Below, in pieces: positions 57,843 through 64,000 of a stretch of DNA of 64,000 bases (position 1 is its first letter; each line of letters opens with the position of its first letter). The notes beneath the pieces are model-generated. The model saw only the letters and a program-made list of their open reading frames with translations, had not been told where the DNA came from and did not search any database. The position numbers and the translations under genes were made by a program. Source of the stretch: an uncultured Desulfatitalea sp. (GTDB lineage: Bacteria > Desulfobacterota > Desulfobacteria > Desulfobacterales > Desulfosarcinaceae); assembly GCA_963668675.2 (NCBI GenBank), contig CAXXMB010000002.1, positions 2,592,001 to 2,656,000 of the forward strand, in the 5' to 3' direction.

Positions 57843-58193
57843 ATGAAAAGCAAATCAACTGACAATAGTGTGGAATACACACACGGACCGCTGGATGAGA
57901 GCGTTGTTGCCATTGGCGGAAGCTTCCGGATCACCGAAGAGAAGCGGCTGGCTTATGATGGCAAAGAGGTGTTGTACCTTGTGGGGCTTGCTCATATGGA
58001 CAATGCCTGTTGCGGCGCTTGGGGCTGCTGCTATGCAATTGTCAAAGGGGTTGTCGAAGATTGGAAGTGTAAGGAAGATCAGCAGGGTTATGCAATAACC
58101 CGTGTCGTCCCCATTGCAGATCAGAACGAACGAGACCAAATCCGCAAAAAGATTATGTCCGATGAGATGGTCCAACAGGTCGTCTTTACTTAG
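57843..58193 (+). CDS. Small hypothetical Cys-rich protein
   Basis: Compact ORF with an ACCGAWGCC motif. Start uncertain. Confidence 0.6.
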   Translation: MKSKSTDNSVEYTHGPLDESVVAIGGSFRITEEKRLAYDGKEVLYLVGLAHMDNACCGAWGCCYAIVKGVVEDWKCKEDQQGYAITRVVPIADQNERDQIRKKIMSDEMVQQVVFT

Positions 58194-58502
58194 ACGGCAG
58201 ACTCAAACAAAATACAGGTATGGGCTATCCCTTATTTCCTGCAAAATCCCCCAGCGACAGACATGTATCGATTCCCGTAAAGATCAATGTCCGGGCTGAT
58301 TCATCGACAGCAAAATTCGAAGTCTCCAAGATGGTATCTTCGATATTATCGAACCCGGATTATTCCCCGACATCAGCGCAATTGCTATGGATCAGCGTCT
58401 AAATACCTGGTATGTTCTATATTCAATTGGCACGAAATTGCGTATGCAAGAAGATATCAATGATACTATAGCTGAAAGTAAAGACAATGGAGAAATCCGG
58501 TT

Positions 58503-59720
58503 ATGACACCCAGTGCACTCAAAGGGGTTAAGATAGTAGAATTCTGTACCACCGTCAGTGGCGCCTATTGCGGGAAGCTGATGGCGGACCTTGGGGCGGA
58601 AGTGATTAAAATAGAGCCGCCGGTTATCGGAGACGAAGCGAGAAGAAAGCCGCCTTTCCAGAACGATGACCCGGACCCTGAAAAATCAGGGCTCTTTATG
58701 TATATCAACATCAACAAATTTGGTATCACGCTCGATCCGTCAAAGCCCCATGGCAAGGATATTTTTGAACGGTTGGTCAATCAGGCGGATATCCTGATTG
58801 AAGATCACCCCCCCGGTGAGATGGAAAGGATGGGGATTGGGTATGACACGTTGAAAAAAAACAATCCTGGTCTGATCATGATGGCCATTACGCCGTTTGG
58901 GCAGAAGGGCCCTTATAAGGACTATAAAGCTTACCAACTGAACATCTCACACATGAGCGGGCAAGGCTATCTGCTCCCGTTGGTCTCACCGCACCTGGAC
59001 CGTCCGCCGGTGCAAATCGGGGGCAACAGCGGCAACTTCGATGCCGGGCTGACGGCCTCCCTTGCGGTCATGGCAGCCCTGTTCTGGAGGGGAACATCCG
59101 GCAAAGGCCAATACATCGGCATGTCGAAAATGGAAGCCTTGATCGCCATGCAGCGTGTTGAAAGTGTGACCTTTCCCAATAGCGGTATCAGTATGAGTCG
59201 CAAAGGGGAGTCCCTGCGGATGAGCGGCAATGGGATTTTTCCGTGCAAGGATGGGTACGTATCTATTGTGACACCAGAAGAGCACCAGTGGCAGAATTTT
59301 ATGAAACTGATCGGTGATCCGCCATGGTCCAAAGAGCCGTGGTGTCAAAACCGATTTGAACGAGGCAACCATGCAGACAAAATCAACGCCTATATTCTGG
59401 AGTGGATGAAAGACAAACCCAAGGAGGAGATCTTCAGAAAAGGCCAGACGCTCAGTGTCCCGGTGGCACAAGTCAACACGGCCGAAGACGTGGTGTCGTC
59501 CCCCCATTTCAATGCCCGGGGCTTTTTTGTGGAAGTCGATCATCCGGTGGCGGGAAAACTGGATAAATTCCCCTCTTCTCCATACCGGTTTTCCAAAACC
59601 CCTTGGGCGGTCTCAAGGCCGGCACCTCGATTGGGGGAACATAACAAACAGATTTTGTGTGAAAAGATTGGCTATACAACCGACGATCTCGAAGCCTTTA
59701 AAGACGCCGGCATCATCTGA
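58503..59720 (+). CDS. CoA-transferase family III, probably non-catalytic subunit (BbsE-like)
   Basis: LKGVKIVE, GAEVIKIE and GPY motifs. Asn at the catalytic Asp position (GNSGNFDAG). Confidence 0.88.
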   Translation: MTPSALKGVKIVEFCTTVSGAYCGKLMADLGAEVIKIEPPVIGDEARRKPPFQNDDPDPEKSGLFMYININKFGITLDPSKPHGKDIFERLVNQADILIEDHPPGEMERMGIGYDTLKKNNPGLIMMAITPFGQKGPYKDYKAYQLNISHMSGQGYLLPLVSPHLDRPPVQIGGNSGNFDAGLTASLAVMAALFWRGTSGKGQYIGMSKMEALIAMQRVESVTFPNSGISMSRKGESLRMSGNGIFPCKDGYVSIVTPEEHQWQNFMKLIGDPPWSKEPWCQNRFERGNHADKINAYILEWMKDKPKEEIFRKGQTLSVPVAQVNTAEDVVSSPHFNARGFFVEVDHPVAGKLDKFPSSPYRFSKTPWAVSRPAPRLGEHNKQILCEKIGYTTDDLEAFKDAGII

Positions 59721-59754
59721 TCAACATCATGAGAAAAACGAAAGTGGGGAAAAC

Positions 59755-60972
59755 ATGGAAAATGGCGGCCCCTTAAAAGGCATCAGGGTCGTTGAGTTCA
59801 CTTCGGCCTGGGCCGGACCTTACGCTACCTGTCTGCTCGGATTTTTGGGCGCCGAAGTAATAAAGGTGGAAAGCCAACAGAGGCCGGACCATTCGAGGAT
59901 CATCTCCTTTACGACCGGCAAGGCATTCCAAACCCTGAATGAATCGGAAGTCTTCAACAACCTGAACCTGAACAAACGCAGCGTCTGCCTGAACCTGAAA
60001 AAGCCCGAAGCTGTGGAGATCGCCAAACGGCTCATCGAGATCGGCGACGTGGTCATGGAAAATATGCGGCCGGGCGTGGTTCCCCGCCTCGGCCTGGGAT
60101 ATGATGCGGCCAAAGAGGTCAAACCTGACATTATCTACATCTCCTCCTCAGCATGTGGTCAGACCGGACCCGATAGGGAGTACATCGGCTATGCGCCGAC
60201 CTTTGCCGCCCTTGCCGGGTTGCCCCATGTGACCGGTTATCCCGATTGGCCTCCCAGTAACTTTCTCGGGTCCATCGACCTGAGAAGCGCGTGCACATCG
60301 GCCTTCGCCATTTTGGCGGCCCTTTACTATCATCAACAGACGGGAGAAGGACAGTATATCGATCTGGCATCCCAGGAGGCCATTGCCACATATGCCGGTG
60401 ATATCTTCCTGGACTATGTGATGAACCAGCGGGTTCCCACGCGTCAAGGCAACCAAAACGACGTTATGGCCCCGCATAACTGTTACCGCTGCAAAGGTGA
60501 GGACAAGTGGATCAGCATCGCTGTGGCCACTCAGTCGGAGTGGGTCAGCCTGTGCAACGCCATGAGCAAAAGCGACCTCATCGATGATCCCCGATTCGTC
60601 GATATGAACGATCGTAAGATAAACGAGGAAATGCTGGATGGCATCATTGCCGATTGGACGAAGAATTTGGACGCCTATGAAGCCATGACCTTGCTGCAAA
60701 ACGCTGGTGTTGCCGCAACACCGTCTCTGTCCAGCGAAGATCTTTTCACCGATCCTCACTTGAAGGAGGGAAGCATATTCCGGCAGGTCGATCATCCCGT
60801 CATCGGGAAGAACTGGGTCATCGCCCCTCCGTGGCAATTGACCGAGACACCCGCCACAATCAATTCATACGGCCCTTTGCTTGGGGAGCACACCGATGAG
60901 ATTTTTCATGACTACCTGGGGATGTCACCGGAGCAAATCGGGAAGTTAAAAGAAGATCAAGTGATCTATTGA
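59755..60972 (+). CDS. CoA-transferase family III (BbsF-like)
   Basis: LKGIRVVE, WAGP, NKRSV, ENMRPGV and GSIDLRSA motifs. Confidence 0.92.
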   Translation: MENGGPLKGIRVVEFTSAWAGPYATCLLGFLGAEVIKVESQQRPDHSRIISFTTGKAFQTLNESEVFNNLNLNKRSVCLNLKKPEAVEIAKRLIEIGDVVMENMRPGVVPRLGLGYDAAKEVKPDIIYISSSACGQTGPDREYIGYAPTFAALAGLPHVTGYPDWPPSNFLGSIDLRSACTSAFAILAALYYHQQTGEGQYIDLASQEAIATYAGDIFLDYVMNQRVPTRQGNQNDVMAPHNCYRCKGEDKWISIAVATQSEWVSLCNAMSKSDLIDDPRFVDMNDRKINEEMLDGIIADWTKNLDAYEAMTLLQNAGVAATPSLSSEDLFTDPHLKEGSIFRQVDHPVIGKNWVIAPPWQLTETPATINSYGPLLGEHTDEIFHDYLGMSPEQIGKLKEDQVIY

Positions 60973-62231
60973 TGGTGACTGGAATGGTGACGGGAATGGA
61001 TATGACCAAAGCGGATAAATCCGAGCGCATCGGCCCATTGGATGGTATCAAAATCGTGGAGTATGGCGTGTTTCACGCCGGACCCGGTGCCGGAGCCATA
61101 TTGGGGGATCTGGGCGCGGAAGTGATCAAGATAGAAGCTGCTGCGGGAGATCCCATACGGTACTGGACCAAGGTGGGCGGCATTGACATTGCCAAGCCGG
61201 ACGGCGAAAGTCTGATGTTCGAAGTTTCAAACCGCAACAAGAAAGGGATCTGTCTGGATATTAAGCGTGAGGAAGGGCGTGATGTTTTGCACCGTCTGGT
61301 GAAAGGGGCCGATGTCTTCCTGACCAATCTGCGAAAGAGTACCAAAACAGAGCTGAAAATCGACTATGAGAGTCTCGCAAAGGTAAACCCGAAGATCATC
61401 CATGCCAATGTTTCGGGTTATGGCCCTGAGGGACCCATGAGCGACATCGGGGCTTTCGATCCGCTTGGCCAGGCGCTCTCAGGCATGATGTTTGTCACCG
61501 GACAGGATGAACCGGTTCTGATTCATCTTGGCGTGCTCGACCAGGCCACAGCGATTGCCGCAAGCCATGCGATTATAACGGCGCTCTTTGTGAGGGAAAG
61601 AAAAGGGATCGGCCAGGAGGTCCACATCTCACTTTACAGCACGGCGCTTTGGCTCCAGCATCCGAACCTGGTCATATCCAATGCGCTGCACATCGACCCC
61701 TGCGTCCCGGCAGTCCGTCATGAACACTCCCCCCTCCGAAACAGATTTTGCTGCAAAGACGGTCAGTGGATACTGGGGACACACCATCCGGAAGAAAAGT
61801 ATTGGGCCGTGTTTTGCAAGGCGACAGGCCAGGAGGCCTTGCTGCAGGATTCACGGTTCACAGATCCACACGGAAAACCCACCAGCTACCGTGAACTGAT
61901 ACCCATCTTTGATACCGTTTTCGCCACCAAAACCAGAGACGAGTGGATGGCGATTTTTCAGAAGCACAAACTCATGTTCAGCGCTGTTCAAAGAATAGAA
62001 GAGGTTGAACATGATGAGCAAGCCTTGGCCAACGGGTATGTGACGCCTTTTGATTTTAAAGATCTCGGAAAAGTTAATATTCCTGGATACCCCGTTCAGT
62101 TCAGCCACAGCAGTGCCTCCACAAAGTCTCCGGCACCTGCGATCGGCGAACACACCGATCACGTCTTAGGTGAGTTGGGATATACGGCATCGCAGATTGA
62201 AGCGCTCAAAAAGGGTAAAATCATAAAATAG
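60969..62231 (+). CDS. CoA-transferase family III
   Basis: LDGIKIVE, GAEVIKIE, NRNKK, GYGPEGP and GVLDQA motifs. Start uncertain. Confidence 0.92.
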   Translation: MMVTGMVTGMDMTKADKSERIGPLDGIKIVEYGVFHAGPGAGAILGDLGAEVIKIEAAAGDPIRYWTKVGGIDIAKPDGESLMFEVSNRNKKGICLDIKREEGRDVLHRLVKGADVFLTNLRKSTKTELKIDYESLAKVNPKIIHANVSGYGPEGPMSDIGAFDPLGQALSGMMFVTGQDEPVLIHLGVLDQATAIAASHAIITALFVRERKGIGQEVHISLYSTALWLQHPNLVISNALHIDPCVPAVRHEHSPLRNRFCCKDGQWILGTHHPEEKYWAVFCKATGQEALLQDSRFTDPHGKPTSYRELIPIFDTVFATKTRDEWMAIFQKHKLMFSAVQRIEEVEHDEQALANGYVTPFDFKDLGKVNIPGYPVQFSHSSASTKSPAPAIGEHTDHVLGELGYTASQIEALKKGKIIK

Positions 62232-62507
62232 GAAAAGCCCGGAAGAATGACAGGGCCTCACTTTGATCTCGACTCAACCCCCCTGATAAATGCCTATTCC
62301 TGTCGAATTAAGGTGTTTCTTCCATCCGCCCCATCGACATATGCAACCGGCGCTGCGCTGTTTGTGGCTGATGGCTCTACCGCATGGTATCCGTCAGCCA
62401 CTTCACGATTCGAGTCTCTGGACTTGCAACACGGGTGCATGTATGATTTCGCTTATATGCCTGTTTAATGGGTTAACGGTCCGTAATGATTCAAGGAGGC
62501 TTTTATC

Positions 62508-63989
62508 ATGTTGCGAACAAAAGAAAAATATCACGAAGATCTTTTTTCAATGAAAAAAAACATCTATATCGGAGGCGAACGCGTGGGCAGGGATGATTCC
62601 CGCCTTCGGCCGGGAATCAATGTGCTCGATGTCACTTTCGATCTTGCGTTGTCACCTGAGTGGAAAGGTGTCGCAACGGCAATATCCTCTGTCACCGGTG
62701 AGGAGATCAACCGATGGGCCCACCTGCCTCAGAACCCTTACGATTTAATACAAAAGCAGAAGTTGATTCGATTAGGCGCTAGACGCGTTGGCGGATGCAT
62801 CCAACGGTGCATGGGGCACGACGCAATCAATGCACTTGCGGTCTGCACGCGTGAAATGGATGATGCCAATGGCAGCGACTATCACCGGCGTTTTCTCGAC
62901 TATTTAAAAATGTATCATGAAAAGGATCTGGATGGGTGTTGCGCTCAGACTGACAGCAAGGGCGATCGGATGAAAAGACCAAGTGAACAGGAAGATCCGG
63001 ATGCCTATCTGCATATTGTGGAGGAGCGCAAAGACGGCATCGTTGTAAGTGGATTCAAGATGTCCATTACCCAGGCTGCTTATGCCGATGAGATTATTGC
63101 TTTGCCAACGCGTGCGCTCATGGAATCCGATCGGGATTATGCGGTCGCTTTTGCGATTCCGGCGGATGCGCAAGGGCTTAGTTTAATTACGCGTCCGGTA
63201 TGGCTGCGAGGTAAGGATAAGGCGGACGCCCCTCCCTTTTGTAAATATGGCGTTTCGGACTGCATTGTGTATTTTGATAACGTTTTCATACCAAAATCAC
63301 GTGTTTTCATGTGTGGGGAGTGGCAGTTCGGTCGACGAATGGCGCTCTTGTTTGCTGACTCCCACCGGCATAGCTACAGCGGATGTAAACCAGCCGTTTC
63401 AGACATTCTCTGTGGTGCCGCATCACTGGCAGCCGAGGCCAATAATATTGCGAAAGCGTCACACGTTAAAGAAAAATTATCCGAATATGCCGGTGCTGCT
63501 GAATTGGCGTTCGCGGCAGGCGTAGCGGCGGCGGTATATGGGAAAAAGACTGCCAGCGGTGTCTTTTTCCCGAATGAGATATACGCCAATGTCGGCCGGC
63601 GGTTGACAGGAGAAATGATTTATCACGAATACAACATTCTAACGGAGATTGCAGGTGGTATTGCTGTAACGATGCCATTTGATGAGGACTTCGAAAGAGG
63701 AGACAATGTCGAAGCACTGAAGCGTTTCATCGTCAGGAATCCGAATCTCTCTGCCGAAGAGTCTACAAAAATTTGGCAGTTGGTTGAGAACATCGGTGCA
63801 TCGGGCATGGCGTCTTGGTACAAAATCGCGGGTGTCCATGGTGGCGGCTCACCCATAATGGAAACCATCGCATTGAACATCGGCTATGATTTCGACGACA
63901 AAAAGCGACTCGCGCGTTACCTTGCCGGGATAGACAAGGAGTTGGATGATTCCGAAATGCGCCAATTGGAACCCAGATTAAATGAATAA
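62508..63989 (+). CDS. 4-hydroxybutyryl-CoA dehydratase / HpaB-family flavoprotein (AbfD-like)
   Basis: CIQRCMG and HRHSYSGC (Fe-S ligand pattern of AbfD), plus AQTDSKGDR and HGGGSP. Confidence 0.85.
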   Translation: MLRTKEKYHEDLFSMKKNIYIGGERVGRDDSRLRPGINVLDVTFDLALSPEWKGVATAISSVTGEEINRWAHLPQNPYDLIQKQKLIRLGARRVGGCIQRCMGHDAINALAVCTREMDDANGSDYHRRFLDYLKMYHEKDLDGCCAQTDSKGDRMKRPSEQEDPDAYLHIVEERKDGIVVSGFKMSITQAAYADEIIALPTRALMESDRDYAVAFAIPADAQGLSLITRPVWLRGKDKADAPPFCKYGVSDCIVYFDNVFIPKSRVFMCGEWQFGRRMALLFADSHRHSYSGCKPAVSDILCGAASLAAEANNIAKASHVKEKLSEYAGAAELAFAAGVAAAVYGKKTASGVFFPNEIYANVGRRLTGEMIYHEYNILTEIAGGIAVTMPFDEDFERGDNVEALKRFIVRNPNLSAEESTKIWQLVENIGASGMASWYKIAGVHGGGSPIMETIALNIGYDFDDKKRLARYLAGIDKELDDSEMRQLEPRLNE

Positions 63990-64000
63990 CTGATGACCTG

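Noticed and set aside
58427..58441. Sigma-54 promoter-like TTGGCACGAAATTGC upstream of the CoA-transferase operon
   Set aside because: The GG-to-GC spacing is one base shorter than the strict -24/-12 requirement.

Overview
This looks like a chromosomal window from a GC-rich anaerobic deltaproteobacterium, probably Desulfobacterales (Desulfosarcina-like); that assignment is inferred from gene content only. Bases 1 to ~14,060 are a phage-satellite-like island ending at the 3' end of tRNA-Pro(TGG). Its backbone is a tyrosine integrase, AlpA, an IS66-split Cys-rich gene, an HTH protein, a RuvC-like nuclease and a TerS-like protein, with IS1595 and IS66 insertions that both keep intact target duplications. 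Its visibly AT-rich cargo holds the most interesting signal: a candidate nucleobase-centred defence locus made of a Gly-tailed small protein, a PfkB kinase fused to a nucleoside 2-deoxyribosyltransferase, a divergent QueC and a SagB-type nitroreductase, facing an OGG-type DNA glycosylase. Next to it is a YwgA-like + SAMHD1-like HD dNTPase pair. The rest is mostly core or metabolic: amidase, tRNA-Leu-tig-clpP-clpX-lon, a PAS kinase, a secreted PASTA/glycine-zipper protein with a Sel1 protein, tRNA-Val/Asp, a csp-RRM-DEAD-box cluster, a UGSC selenoprotein with an in-frame UGA and SECIS-like hairpin, a MacAB-TolC pump with EF-hand proteins and BaeSR/RstA-like regulators, and a CoA-transferase III / AbfD-like cluster. 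Several families of small inverted-repeat elements occur in intergenic regions. All protein calls come from motif recognition by eye; no database searches were run.
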